Counted from the first letter of the stretch, positions 18,947 to 29,239 are shown. The stretch: 64,000 nt of DNA from an uncultured Lachnospiraceae bacterium (GCA_964470175.1 CAYYBL010000002.1:7176-71175); one strand, 5' to 3'. Program-made: numbers and translations. Notes: generated from the sequence alone by a model not told the origin.

Positions 18947-18983
18947 TAAAAGACTAGATTTCTCTAGTCTTTTTTTTTGTATT
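18947..18983. repeat. terminator-hairpin repeat B (AAAAGACTAGA-tttc-TCTAGTCTTTTTTTTT..TGTATT)
   Basis: Second copy of the hairpin seen at 17673-17708; also serves as the ppdK terminator. Confidence 0.6.
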
Positions 18984-18984
18984 C

Positions 18985-21609
18985 TTATCTAGGTTTCTTA
19001 ATAGCAGCTTGTGCAGCAGCAAGTTTTGCTATTGGCACTCTGAATGGAGAGCAAGATACATAATCAAGTCCAACATTATGGCAGAACTCAACTGTAGCTG
19101 GGTTTCCACCATGCTCACCACAGATTCCTAGATGAATGTCTGGTCTTGTTTCTTTTCCAGCTTTAACAGCCATCTTTACAAGTTTTCCAACACCTTTTTC
19201 ATCTATTCTAGCAAATGGATCGAAATCATAAATCTTATTTTCATAATATGAATTTAAGAATTTACCTGCATCATCACGGCTAAATCCGAATGTCATTTGT
19301 GTCAAGTCATTTGTACCAAATGAGAAGAATTCAGCTTCTTTTGCTATCTCATCAGCAGTAAGAGCAGCTCTTGGTATCTCAATCATTGTTCCAACATGAT
19401 ATTTCATGTCTACTCCTGCTTCTTTTATAACGCTGTCAGCTGTTTTTGTAACTATATCTTTTACAAATTTTAATTCCTTAATTTCTCCAACAAGTGGAAT
19501 CATTATTTCTGGAACTACTTTAAGTCCTTCTTTATTAACAATTATTGCAGCTTCTATAACAGCTCTTGTTTGCATTTCAGCAATTTCAGGATATGTAACA
19601 TCTAGACGGCATCCTCTATGTCCCATCATTGGGTTGAATTCTTTTAATCCTTCACATACTGCTTTAAGATCTTCAAATTCAAGTCCCATTTCTTTAGCTA
19701 AATCTCTTATCTCTGGATCTGTATGTGGAACAAACTCATGTAGTGGTGGATCCAAGAATCTTATTGTTACAGGATATCCCTTCATTGTTCTATATAATTC
19801 TTCAAAATCTCCTCTTTGCATTGGAAGAATCTTAGCTAAAGCTTTTGCTCTTTGCTCTGCTGTCTTTGATACAATCATTTCTCTTATTGCAGCAATTCTA
19901 TCTGGTGCAAAGAACATATGCTCTGTTCTGCAAAGACCAATACCTTCTGCTCCGAAATCATATGCTTGTTTTGCATCTTTTGGAGTATCAGCATTTGTTC
20001 TAACTTTAAGTTGTCTATATTCATCAGCCCATTTCATAAGTCTTGCAAAGTTTCCTGATACTGTAGCTGGAACCGTAGCTATTTTTTCATTATATACATT
20101 TCCAGTAGAACCATCTAAGCTTAACCAATCACCTTCTCTTACTACATCACCATTTGGTAATTTAAGAGTCTTAGCTTCTTCATCTATAACGATTTCACCA
20201 CAACCTGCAACACAGCATGTTCCCATTCCACGTGCAACAACAGCAGCATGTGATGTCATACCACCTCTTACTGTAAGTATTCCATGACATACATGCATTC
20301 CATCAATATCTTCTGGTGATGTTTCAAGTCTTGCAAGGATAAGATCTTTTTCACCTTTTTCATGTTGTTCAACTGCTTTTTCTGCTGTAAATACAAGTTT
20401 ACCTGTAGCAGCTCCTGGTGAAGCAGCTAAACCTTGTGCAGCTACTTTAGCATTCTTAAGTGCTGCGCTATCAAAATTTGGATGTAACAATTGATCAAGT
20501 TGTGCAGGCTCAACTCTTAAGCATGCTTCTTTTTCTGTGATCATTCCTTCATCAACTAAATCACAAGCAATCTTAAGTGCTGCAGTAGCTGTTCTCTTTC
20601 CATTTCTTGTTTGTAAGAAGAACAATTTACCACTTTCAACTGTAAATTCCATATCTTGCATATCTTTGTAATGCTTCTCAAGCATTGAAGAATATTTTAC
20701 AAAATCATCAAATGCTTTTTTATTTGTTTTTTCAAGTTCATCTATTTTTTGAGGAGTTCTTACACCAGCAACAACATCTTCACCTTGTGCGTTCATTAAA
20801 AATTCACCAAATAGTTTTTTCTCACCTGTAGCAGGGTTACGAGTAAATGCAACACCAGTTCCACAGTCATCTCCCATGTTTCCGAAAACCATCTCTTGAA
20901 CATTAACTGCTGTTCCCCAATCTCCAGGGATATCATTTATTCTTCTATAAGTGATAGCTCTAGGATTGTTCCAACTACTAAATACAGCTCTAATTGCAGC
21001 TTCAAGTTGAGTCTTAGCTTCAGTAGGGAAATCTTCACCCTTATGATCTTTGTATATTTTCTTAAATGTAACTATAAGATCTTTTAGATCACTTGCTGTA
21101 AGGTCTGTATCTTGTGTTACTCCTTTTGCTTCTTTCATCTTGTCTATTTCTTTTTCAAATAAAGACTTGTCAATACCCATAACAACATCACTGAACATTT
21201 GAATAAATCTTCTATATGCATCATAAGTAAATCTCTCATTTTTCTTTGCCATTGCTTCAACAACTTCAGGATTTAATCCTAAATTTAATACTGTATCCAT
21301 CATACCTGGCATAGATATTCTAGCTCCAGATCTAACTGAAACAAGTAATGGGTTTGTAGGATCTCCAAGTTTTTTTCCAGTTTCTTTTTCAAGTGTATCT
21401 AAAGCAGCTAAATATTGTTCTCTAACTTCTTCAGAGATTTTTTCTCCATCGTCATAATATTTAATACATGCTTCTGTTGTAATTGTAAAACCATTAGGCA
21501 CTGGTAATCCTAAATTTGCCATTTCTGCTAAGTTTGCGCCTTTACCACCCAATAGTTCACGCATCGTTGCATTACCTTCTTTAAAAAGGTATACATATTT
21601 TTTGCTCAT
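18985..21609 (-). CDS. ppdK: pyruvate, phosphate dikinase
   Basis: 874 aa. N-terminus MSKKYVYLFKEGNATMRELLGGKGANLAEM, the central PEP-utilising His domain and a C-terminal TIM-barrel are characteristic. Confidence 0.9.
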   Translation of the reverse strand: MSKKYVYLFKEGNATMRELLGGKGANLAEMANLGLPVPNGFTITTEACIKYYDDGEKISEEVREQYLAALDTLEKETGKKLGDPTNPLLVSVRSGARISMPGMMDTVLNLGLNPEVVEAMAKKNERFTYDAYRRFIQMFSDVVMGIDKSLFEKEIDKMKEAKGVTQDTDLTASDLKDLIVTFKKIYKDHKGEDFPTEAKTQLEAAIRAVFSSWNNPRAITYRRINDIPGDWGTAVNVQEMVFGNMGDDCGTGVAFTRNPATGEKKLFGEFLMNAQGEDVVAGVRTPQKIDELEKTNKKAFDDFVKYSSMLEKHYKDMQDMEFTVESGKLFFLQTRNGKRTATAALKIACDLVDEGMITEKEACLRVEPAQLDQLLHPNFDSAALKNAKVAAQGLAASPGAATGKLVFTAEKAVEQHEKGEKDLILARLETSPEDIDGMHVCHGILTVRGGMTSHAAVVARGMGTCCVAGCGEIVIDEEAKTLKLPNGDVVREGDWLSLDGSTGNVYNEKIATVPATVSGNFARLMKWADEYRQLKVRTNADTPKDAKQAYDFGAEGIGLCRTEHMFFAPDRIAAIREMIVSKTAEQRAKALAKILPMQRGDFEELYRTMKGYPVTIRFLDPPLHEFVPHTDPEIRDLAKEMGLEFEDLKAVCEGLKEFNPMMGHRGCRLDVTYPEIAEMQTRAVIEAAIIVNKEGLKVVPEIMIPLVGEIKELKFVKDIVTKTADSVIKEAGVDMKYHVGTMIEIPRAALTADEIAKEAEFFSFGTNDLTQMTFGFSRDDAGKFLNSYYENKIYDFDPFARIDEKGVGKLVKMAVKAGKETRPDIHLGICGEHGGNPATVEFCHNVGLDYVSCSPFRVPIAKLAAAQAAIKKPR

Positions 21610-21719
21610 CTCTATTCCTCCTTTTTATTAATGACCTTCCCTATTATATGTGCTTTTTTCAATAAAGTCAACATTTCTAGGGAAAATATATATTTTAAAA
21701 AATTAATAACTATGTAAAT

Positions 21720-23432
21720 CTATTTTATCTTTTTTAGTTCTTCATACCTTTTTACTTTCTGCGTTGTTGTCTTACTCATTGGCTCATCTGTAATTATTAT
21801 CTTTTTAATATGCTTGAAATTTTCCAAACCTTTATTTATTTCTTTTATATCCTTCCAAATAATATCCTTATAAAATTTTTCATCTTTTTTAGGATATTTT
21901 TCTTCCATTTGTTCTTTGTCATACACTATCTTTGCCATAAGTACAGTATCTGTCTTATCCTTTTCCCTTGAAAATACCATACTTTCCTTAACGTATGGAA
22001 TCCTATTTACAAGTAGTTCCAATTCTTCCGGATAAACATTTTTACCATTTCTAAGTACTATAATATCTTTCTTTCTTCCAGTAATGAATAAAAATCCATC
22101 TTCATTTAGATAACCATAGTCACCAGTCTTAAAGTACTCGCCTTCAAATGCTTCTCTTGTTTTTTCTTCATCTTTGTAATAACCCAAGAAGACACTTGGT
22201 CCTTTTACAAGCACCTCACCAACTCCACTAAAATCTGGTTTATAAATTTTAACCTCAAGATTATCAAGTGCATATCCTGCAGATCCTGGACAATGCTTCT
22301 TTTCTGATTCAGCAACAACTACTGGAGAAGTTTCTGTAAGTCCATAACCTTGTATAGAATCAATTCCAAAATTATTAAATCCAATAATTGTTTCCTTATC
22401 TAGTTTTGCAGCACCATAAAGTATAATTCTAAGTTCTCCACCAAAATTATCTATAATTGATTTAAATAGCAATCTTCTCACATCAATGTGCGCTTTAAGT
22501 AAACTATTTGATATTTTTATAAGCTTATTTATTAGCCCTGTTTTTTTCTTATCGGCTATTCCTTTGTTTATTTTTTTGTACATCGTTTCAAGAAGAAGTG
22601 GTACTGCTACCAATATACTTACATGATATTCTTTCATATTTTGAGCAATATATCTAAGTCCATCACAAAAAGCGACTGTTACACCACTATAAAACCCATA
22701 TATTATTGTAATACTTGATTCAAATGTATGATGAATAGGCAAAATTGAAAGAAGCGTATCTGAAGTTTTCATCAAAAAATGAGTCTGATATGCATGTATG
22801 TTAGAGCAAATATTTGCCTGTGAAAGCATTACTATTTTTGACTTATCTGTAGTACCTGAAGTAAAAAGAAGAATGTTTGTCTTAGATGTATCTATAGTGA
22901 CTTTGTCATAACTGTCATCACCATTGTCTCTAAGATTATTTCCTTTTTCTACCAAATCCCAAAAATACTCTACCTCAGTATCACTCACTTTATCCATACA
23001 AATTAGTGTCTTTAGAGTCTTTAATTCACTTTTTATGCTTTTCATAACCTCTAAGTTTTTTTCTTCAAAGATAATAGCCTCTGCTTCGCATCTACTAAGC
23101 AACGATTTTATCTCATTTTCAGGCAATAATTTGTCCATAGGTGCTACAATAATATCTGCTGTACTAACACCAAAATAACCTACTACCCACTCATATCTGT
23201 TTTCTCCAATTATTACTACCTTACTAGGCTTTTCTTTAAAGCTTAAAAGTGCTGTAGCAAATCCTTTTATATCTTTTACTGTTTGAGTATAGGTTTTCTC
23301 TATGTACTCAGGCTCTTTTGCTGTATGATCTTTTTTATATTTATATGCTTTTAAATTACCATATTTTTTTTCAGCAAAATCAATTAATTCTCTGTAATCA
23401 GCCATCATTGGCTTGTACTTTTGTTTACTCAT
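21720..23432 (-). CDS. long-chain fatty acid--CoA ligase / AMP-binding enzyme
   Basis: AMP-binding motifs LLFTSGTTDKSK and YGLTETS; 570 aa. Confidence 0.75.
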   Translation of the reverse strand: MSKQKYKPMMADYRELIDFAEKKYGNLKAYKYKKDHTAKEPEYIEKTYTQTVKDIKGFATALLSFKEKPSKVVIIGENRYEWVVGYFGVSTADIIVAPMDKLLPENEIKSLLSRCEAEAIIFEEKNLEVMKSIKSELKTLKTLICMDKVSDTEVEYFWDLVEKGNNLRDNGDDSYDKVTIDTSKTNILLFTSGTTDKSKIVMLSQANICSNIHAYQTHFLMKTSDTLLSILPIHHTFESSITIIYGFYSGVTVAFCDGLRYIAQNMKEYHVSILVAVPLLLETMYKKINKGIADKKKTGLINKLIKISNSLLKAHIDVRRLLFKSIIDNFGGELRIILYGAAKLDKETIIGFNNFGIDSIQGYGLTETSPVVVAESEKKHCPGSAGYALDNLEVKIYKPDFSGVGEVLVKGPSVFLGYYKDEEKTREAFEGEYFKTGDYGYLNEDGFLFITGRKKDIIVLRNGKNVYPEELELLVNRIPYVKESMVFSREKDKTDTVLMAKIVYDKEQMEEKYPKKDEKFYKDIIWKDIKEINKGLENFKHIKKIIITDEPMSKTTTQKVKRYEELKKIK

Positions 23433-23461
23433 AAGTTACTCCTTCTTTCTGTTTATATATA

Positions 23462-24172
23462 TTATTTTATTTTAAAACTATTAAACTCTGTTCCTCCCCA
23501 TTCAACTACTGTATATCCTTTTCTTTCCACTCTTTCTAACTGCTGTTCTTGTACTTCTATTTGTTTATCTAACTTTTTCCATCCCATTAGCACTCTTATT
23601 ATTGTTTCTGGCTTTGGATTTATCTCTAGTGGCATATTTTCATCTATTTCTTCTTTTTCAAAAAATCTTATATAATTATACTCGTTTTTCTCTAAAATTG
23701 GCAGCCAATATACAATAAATTCTTCTGTTTCTCTTTCATTTAATCCTAATATTTCTAATTTTTCCTCTAAAAAGGTTGCTACTTCATCACCCTTAACTAC
23801 AAAACCATCTTTGTAATTTTGTTTTTTTGATTTATCCAAACCTTCCCAATAAAGTGCATATAAATTTCTTCCAGTTTTTAAGTCAATTAAATCTCCATTT
23901 GATTTAGCAAGCACATTCCATCCATCTTCATATTTTGGATATGTGCATGTTAAGTTTTCTGGATGTCCTACCTTTATACTCACATCTGTTTCTTCTTTTG
24001 GGTAAATGTATATTATAGGTTTTAAATCAGTCATCGAATCATATACATGTCTTTCTTTTATGAAAGTAACTATCGCAGATAATACAATAGAAATTAATAT
24101 TATAAAAACAAATATTACTCTCTTTCTTTTTTCTTTCTTTATTTTCTTTTCTATTATTTCATTTTCATCCAT
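23462..24172 (-). CDS. hypothetical membrane-anchored protein
   Basis: N-terminal K/R-rich segment then a single TM (VIFVFIILISIVLSAIVTFI); no recognisable domain. Confidence 0.45.
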   Translation of the reverse strand: MDENEIIEKKIKKEKRKRVIFVFIILISIVLSAIVTFIKERHVYDSMTDLKPIIYIYPKEETDVSIKVGHPENLTCTYPKYEDGWNVLAKSNGDLIDLKTGRNLYALYWEGLDKSKKQNYKDGFVVKGDEVATFLEEKLEILGLNERETEEFIVYWLPILEKNEYNYIRFFEKEEIDENMPLEINPKPETIIRVLMGWKKLDKQIEVQEQQLERVERKGYTVVEWGGTEFNSFKIK

Positions 24173-24194
24173 GGTACTTATCTTTCCACATCAA

Positions 24195-24851
24195 TCATTC
24201 ATTAATAATTATTGCACTTACTACTTGATCCCATTTATATTTAAGTTCGACTTCATATGTATGCTTAGACTTTATTTTAGTACTTATATTAGATAACACT
24301 TTTAAATATGAATTATATCCATCATTTTCTAAAAACTCTGTACTTATAATTTCATCTTTCTCTTCTGCCTCTTTTTCCATTTTGAATCGTCTCTCTAATT
24401 CATCATAATCATATTTGGAAAAAATTTTTTTAAAAGAATTATCTTCTATTTCTTCATTTATTTCCTCATATGACACTGATTCAATTCTATTATCACTATA
24501 TATGACCTCACCATTACTACCTATGTATTCTATTTTGGGTATTCTACTTGCATCTTCTCGAAATGTATTTGCATTTCTAATTAGTTTTTGAATTAAGGCT
24601 TTTACTTGTGATCCAGTCTGTTTTCCTTCATATGCAGTAAATGCTGAAATTAAAGCTTGTATCTCACTATGTGGAGGATATGTTGACTTAAAACGATAGT
24701 TATAATATTTACTTTTTTCAAAGTTAATATCTTGAACATAATCAGAAACACGATATATCAATATAGTAGCTGCTATTATCATTATTACTACTAATATCGT
24801 ATTTTGTATTTTTAATCTTTTTAAATACTTTTTTCTATCATTATTTTCCAT
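24195..24851 (-). CDS. hypothetical membrane-anchored protein
   Basis: Single N-terminal TM (ILVVIMIIAATILIY); no recognisable domain. Confidence 0.45.
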   Translation of the reverse strand: MENNDRKKYLKRLKIQNTILVVIMIIAATILIYRVSDYVQDINFEKSKYYNYRFKSTYPPHSEIQALISAFTAYEGKQTGSQVKALIQKLIRNANTFREDASRIPKIEYIGSNGEVIYSDNRIESVSYEEINEEIEDNSFKKIFSKYDYDELERRFKMEKEAEEKDEIISTEFLENDGYNSYLKVLSNISTKIKSKHTYEVELKYKWDQVVSAIIINE

Positions 24852-24957
24852 AACAATACCTTATATTTGACACATTTTTTGATGACAATATGCTTACCTT
24901 ATACCACATATATTATTTTATTTTGAAACATCACTATCAATTAAACACATTTAATAT

Positions 24958-25000
24958 TGTAACATAAATATTACATTTTTTGTACAATAATCAAAAAATG
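24958..25000. repeat. perfect 16-bp inverted repeat AATATTACATTTTTTG-N9-CAAAAAATGTAATATT
   Basis: Read directly; lies between the 24195..24851 gene start region and the nadE/nadD operon terminator. Confidence 0.5.
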
Positions 25001-25035
25001 TAATATTATTTTTCTCAAAAAAATGAAGCTTATTT

Positions 25036-26346
25036 CTAAGCTTCTTCATACAACTTTTTTTCTTTTATGTATTTGTATACTCTTTCATCAATATACCTTT
25101 TGATTTCTTCATTATCAATATTTTCTCTAACATGGCTTGACGAAATTGGTATATAATCAAAATTATCTATAATAAAGAAATTGTCCTTTTTATTAAACTT
25201 TGATACATAACTTTCTATATCTATGTTATCCCTATTTACAACAATAATATTGTATTCCAAAAGGCGATCAACATTCTTCCAGCTTTCAAAATTAATAATA
25301 TTATCTGCGCCTATTATAAGATAGAGGTTATCTGCATTATACTTTTCCTCTAATTTTTCAAATATTTCATATGTGTACTGCAATTTACAGTATTCTTCAG
25401 CTACCTCAACATTCTCATTTTCGAAGAATTTACACATGTATACTCTATCATCATGGCTTGCTTTGGTCTCTTTATCCCAATAACTTCCTGTTGGGATAAC
25501 CAGTACCTTATCAACCAATTTGTGCTCTAATAAGTATTTTACAACATGAGTATGTCCCTTATGTATTGGATCAAAACATCCAACAAAAACTCCTATTTTT
25601 TTCCTTTTGTATGCTGGCATATTAAATTTATGTTTATTTCTGTCATGCAACTTTTGTATTTTTTCCTTTATCTTAGGATCAAGTGATTTTGCATAAAGGT
25701 ATTTTTCAATATCATCATACGAAATTCCTAGTTTTTCTTCATCACTTTTTCCTGAAAGTCCATCACTCGGTGCTTTATACAAAACCTTTCTAGGAACATC
25801 TAAACATTCGCCAATTTTTATTACCTCAGATACTGTAAAATCAGAAATCACTTCTATATCATGTACCTGGTCTCCACCCTTTGTAAAATATCCAACATAT
25901 AATTCACTTTTATTTGATGTACCTGCGACTATATATGTGCCACCTCTTAATTCACTATAAAGAGCTGCTAAATAGTATAATGTAGCCATTCTAAGTCTAG
26001 GTTTCAAATTTATATTTGAATTCTCCAAATTGCTTTCGCTTACATCTTTATCCACATTTTTTACGAACGTATCATATGTTTCTGTAAGATCAAAATTTAC
26101 TATTTCTATATTGTAAAAGTCAGCAATTAGCTTTGCATCTGATCTATCTTCATCAGAAGAATGGCATGGCATAGTTACTCCTATTACATTTTCACTTCCA
26201 ATAGCCCTTGCAAAAAGTGCTGCAACCACCGCGCTATCTTTGCCTCCACTCAATCCAACTACAGCACCTTTAATATTATTTTTTTTATAATATTCTCTGA
26301 TAAAATCTATAATATTTTCAGCTTCTCTTTTAGCATCAAAGTTCAT
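25036..26346 (-). CDS. nadE/nadD: fused NH3-dependent NAD+ synthetase (N-terminal) and nicotinate-nucleotide adenylyltransferase (C-terminal)
   Basis: N-terminal PP-loop VVGLSGGKDSAVVAAL (NadE) in residues ~1-245. C-terminal KKIGVFVGCFDPIHKGHTHV is the NadD (H/T)xGH nucleotidyltransferase motif. One uninterrupted 436-aa ORF. Confidence 0.75.
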   Translation of the reverse strand: MNFDAKREAENIIDFIREYYKKNNIKGAVVGLSGGKDSAVVAALFARAIGSENVIGVTMPCHSSDEDRSDAKLIADFYNIEIVNFDLTETYDTFVKNVDKDVSESNLENSNINLKPRLRMATLYYLAALYSELRGGTYIVAGTSNKSELYVGYFTKGGDQVHDIEVISDFTVSEVIKIGECLDVPRKVLYKAPSDGLSGKSDEEKLGISYDDIEKYLYAKSLDPKIKEKIQKLHDRNKHKFNMPAYKRKKIGVFVGCFDPIHKGHTHVVKYLLEHKLVDKVLVIPTGSYWDKETKASHDDRVYMCKFFENENVEVAEEYCKLQYTYEIFEKLEEKYNADNLYLIIGADNIINFESWKNVDRLLEYNIIVVNRDNIDIESYVSKFNKKDNFFIIDNFDYIPISSSHVRENIDNEEIKRYIDERVYKYIKEKKLYEEA

Positions 26347-26349
26347 ATA

Positions 26350-27780
26350 TTACCTCTTTCCTGTGTATTTGTATATTAGTTCATTCTTTAAGTTCAAAAG
26401 CTTTTCAGATAAATCAACATAATAAACGTGTGGATTCATTATTCTTCTTATTTCAGGATAAATAGTATTAAACTCTTTATTGCAATACTCCCTTCTTTCT
26501 TTTACACTTGGTAAATCATATACTTGTTTTCCATCTTCAAATATAGGTACTTGAAGCAGACTTATATCATAATTTGTTATAAATTTTCTTTTCCATGGAT
26601 CTATTGGATTTACAAGAGTATATCCTGATGTATCAATACATTCATCATAAGTACAAATAACATCTCCTAGTGCATACTTTGTGTCTTTGTCGTAAAATCT
26701 ATATGTTTTCTTAAACCCAGGATTGATTGTTTTTAAAGAATCATCACTTACTTTTATCTTTGGCAAAACTTCGCCATCTTTCACTATTCCAACAAGTTTA
26801 TATACTCCACCAACACGTTCCTTCGATGCAGCAATATTGTCTCCCACTCCAAGTGAATCAAAGCATGCTCCTTGATTTATCAAATCTCTAATCGTAAACT
26901 CATCAAGTCCATTTGAAAGGCATATTTGTGTTTCCACATACCCTGCTTCATCAAGCATCTTTCTAGCTTCTTTTGAAAGATATGCTAGATCCCCACTATC
27001 TATACGAATGCCTTTAAATACAAGTCCATTTGGTTTTAAATAGTCATTGGCAACCCTTATTGCATTTGGTATTCCTATCCTTAAAGTATCATACGTATCA
27101 ACTAAAAATACACAATTATTAGGATTTGATTTTGCATAATTTAAAAAAGCTTGATATTCATCTTCAGATTCTGTTACAAGTGAATGAGCCATAGTTCCAA
27201 GTGCTGGTATTCCGTATTTCATAGCAGCATATGTATTTGATGTACCACTACATCCTCCAACGTACGCATATTTGCTTGCATCAATTGCTGAATCAATTCC
27301 TCTTGCTCTCCTTGCGCCAAATTCCATCACAGGTTTATCTCCTGCTTCATTTGTAATCCTTTTAGCAACGGTTGTAACTAAACTTCCGTGATTAAAACAT
27401 GCAAGTATAGCGGTCTCCATAAGTTGAGCTTCAATTATTTTTGCTTTTACTGTAATGATTGGCTCATTTGGAAAAACAATCGTACCATCTTCCACAGCAT
27501 ATACACTACCTGTGAATTTAATGTTTTCAATATATTCTAAAAATTCATCACTAAAATTATTAAGACTTCTAAGATATTCTATTTCTTCTTTTTCAAAATG
27601 AAAATTGTTAATATAATCGATTATATTATCAAGCCCACCTGAAATAGTATATCCTCCTCCAAATGGATTATTTCTAAAGAATACATCAAAATATACCTCT
27701 TCATCTTTTTTTCCATTTTCAAAGTATGTTTGAGCCATCGTAAGCTCATAAAAATCAGTCATTAAAGTGTTATTTCTCAT
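26350..27780 (-). CDS. pncB: nicotinate phosphoribosyltransferase
   Basis: N-terminus MTDFYELTMAQTYFENG and 476 aa are typical of NAPRTase; 3-nt gap to nadE/nadD suggests an operon. Confidence 0.85.
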   Translation of the reverse strand: MRNNTLMTDFYELTMAQTYFENGKKDEEVYFDVFFRNNPFGGGYTISGGLDNIIDYINNFHFEKEEIEYLRSLNNFSDEFLEYIENIKFTGSVYAVEDGTIVFPNEPIITVKAKIIEAQLMETAILACFNHGSLVTTVAKRITNEAGDKPVMEFGARRARGIDSAIDASKYAYVGGCSGTSNTYAAMKYGIPALGTMAHSLVTESEDEYQAFLNYAKSNPNNCVFLVDTYDTLRIGIPNAIRVANDYLKPNGLVFKGIRIDSGDLAYLSKEARKMLDEAGYVETQICLSNGLDEFTIRDLINQGACFDSLGVGDNIAASKERVGGVYKLVGIVKDGEVLPKIKVSDDSLKTINPGFKKTYRFYDKDTKYALGDVICTYDECIDTSGYTLVNPIDPWKRKFITNYDISLLQVPIFEDGKQVYDLPSVKERREYCNKEFNTIYPEIRRIMNPHVYYVDLSEKLLNLKNELIYKYTGKR

Positions 27781-27887
27781 AAGACCTCCAAAAACTTTAA
27801 CTTTACCAGATTATACCAAAAAATCATTTTTTATGATATAATTTTCACTGATGAATGTTTAAAAAATTGGGAGGTATTAAAATTATT

Positions 27888-28379
27888 ATGGAATATTGGG
27901 ATGGCAACAAAGTAATTTGGAAAACTAAACATTTCATTCTTCTTGCTGTTGAAAATCCATTCTTCTCACGAGAAGAAGGCGGGCATATAGTAATACAGGG
28001 ATATCCTGACAAATTAAAATATGATTCTAGATTAGATCTTAATGAGGAAGAAATACTTGAAGAATTTACTCTTTCACAAAATGCTTGTAAAGCATTTAAA
28101 AAAGCCATGCTTAAAGCTGGCATTGATATAATAAGATTTAACTTTTTTGAAGCAGGAAATTGGGCTTGGAAAAAAAGTACTGAAGGAGTCTCATCAAAAG
28201 CATATTTTCATTTACATATTTTTGGTAGAACAATAGATGCTAAATACCAAAAGTTTCCTGAAGCCCCATATTTGCCAGATAGAAGTACTCATTTTTATGA
28301 CAATTTTGTACCATTAAATGAAGAAGATGTTAGAAATATTCAAGAAGAGCTTTCACATCTTGAAAATCCTAACATCTAG
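27888..28379 (+). CDS. HIT-like (histidine-triad-related) hypothetical protein
   Basis: YFHLHIFGR is an HxHx-type motif. Start moved to ATG at ~27888 downstream of GGGAGG; the listed start at 27855 contains the RBS inside the ORF. Confidence 0.4.
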   Translation: MEYWDGNKVIWKTKHFILLAVENPFFSREEGGHIVIQGYPDKLKYDSRLDLNEEEILEEFTLSQNACKAFKKAMLKAGIDIIRFNFFEAGNWAWKKSTEGVSSKAYFHLHIFGRTIDAKYQKFPEAPYLPDRSTHFYDNFVPLNEEDVRNIQEELSHLENPNI

Positions 28380-28384
28380 TATTG

Positions 28385-28420
28385 TAGTGATTAAGCAATT
28401 AATCACTACTTTTTATTTTT
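28385..28420 (+). terminator. Rho-independent terminator (GTAGTGATTAA/TTAATCACTAC + T-run)
   Basis: 11-bp stem followed by TTTTTATTTTTT. Confidence 0.6.
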
Positions 28421-28445
28421 TATAATACGATTTTCGTATTAAATA

Positions 28446-28492
28446 TAAAAAGAGAGATAATGTGTGTCAATCATTGCACAATATCTCTCTTT
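28446..28492 (-). terminator. Rho-independent terminator for the ddpX/hisS operon (AGAGAGATA/TATCTCTCT)
   Basis: 9-bp stem with T-run on the minus strand, downstream of 28514..29239. Confidence 0.5.
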
Positions 28493-28513
28493 TGGTTTAG
28501 TCTTCATCATCAT

Positions 28514-29239
28514 TTAGTTTGTATCACCATTACTAACTTGTTTTTTTACTAACTTTTTAAAAACACTATCTGCATCAACCTGATTATACAGTGCTTCTTC
28601 TTTTGAATAATAAAAAGCCCATTCTTTATCGCCATAAGAAAAATGCCACCATTCCCCATCATACGGTGCAAACCCATTTTTCATCATCACATCTCTAAGT
28701 AATTTTCTATTTTCTCTAGCTTCTTTTGAAATTCCAGTCGTCTCATAATAACATTGCGTAGTACTATAATCAAGAATTTCAGAGCCAAAATCAAGATTAG
28801 ATCCAGCTTCGGTATCATAAATCATTGTATCTATAGCTCCTCCTGTCGGATGTCCAGCGACCTCAGGTACAGCAATTTTTTCATGTATGTATTCATACAT
28901 TTCCTCTTTATCAGTAAACCTATCTTTCACTTCTTCAAGTATTTCATTAAAATATCTTTCTTGTTTTTTTATATCTCTAAAACCGTATGCTACTATTACC
29001 TTAAAATTTGGATTTATTTTCTTTAAATCTTTTGAAACATTTATAAGCTTTTCGTAAACTGTTTTTCGTACTGCAATTTGAAAACCATATTCAAGCATAT
29101 TTCTTCTTTTTTGATATAAACCTTCTACGAATTCATCTTTTAATGGAAGAAGTACAAATTCTTCTTTATTTGTTTCAGCATTAAAACCATGTATTGTTAA
29201 TAAATCTTTGTATTTTACAAAACTATTTGACATCTTCAC
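28514..29239 (-). CDS. ddpX: D-alanyl-D-alanine dipeptidase (VanX/DdpX, peptidase M15D)
   Basis: AGHPTGGAIDT and EWWHFSYGD are VanX-family zinc-ligand motifs; start overlaps the hisS stop by 4 nt. Confidence 0.75.
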   Translation of the reverse strand: MKMSNSFVKYKDLLTIHGFNAETNKEEFVLLPLKDEFVEGLYQKRRNMLEYGFQIAVRKTVYEKLINVSKDLKKINPNFKVIVAYGFRDIKKQERYFNEILEEVKDRFTDKEEMYEYIHEKIAVPEVAGHPTGGAIDTMIYDTEAGSNLDFGSEILDYSTTQCYYETTGISKEARENRKLLRDVMMKNGFAPYDGEWWHFSYGDKEWAFYYSKEEALYNQVDADSVFKKLVKKQVSNGDTN

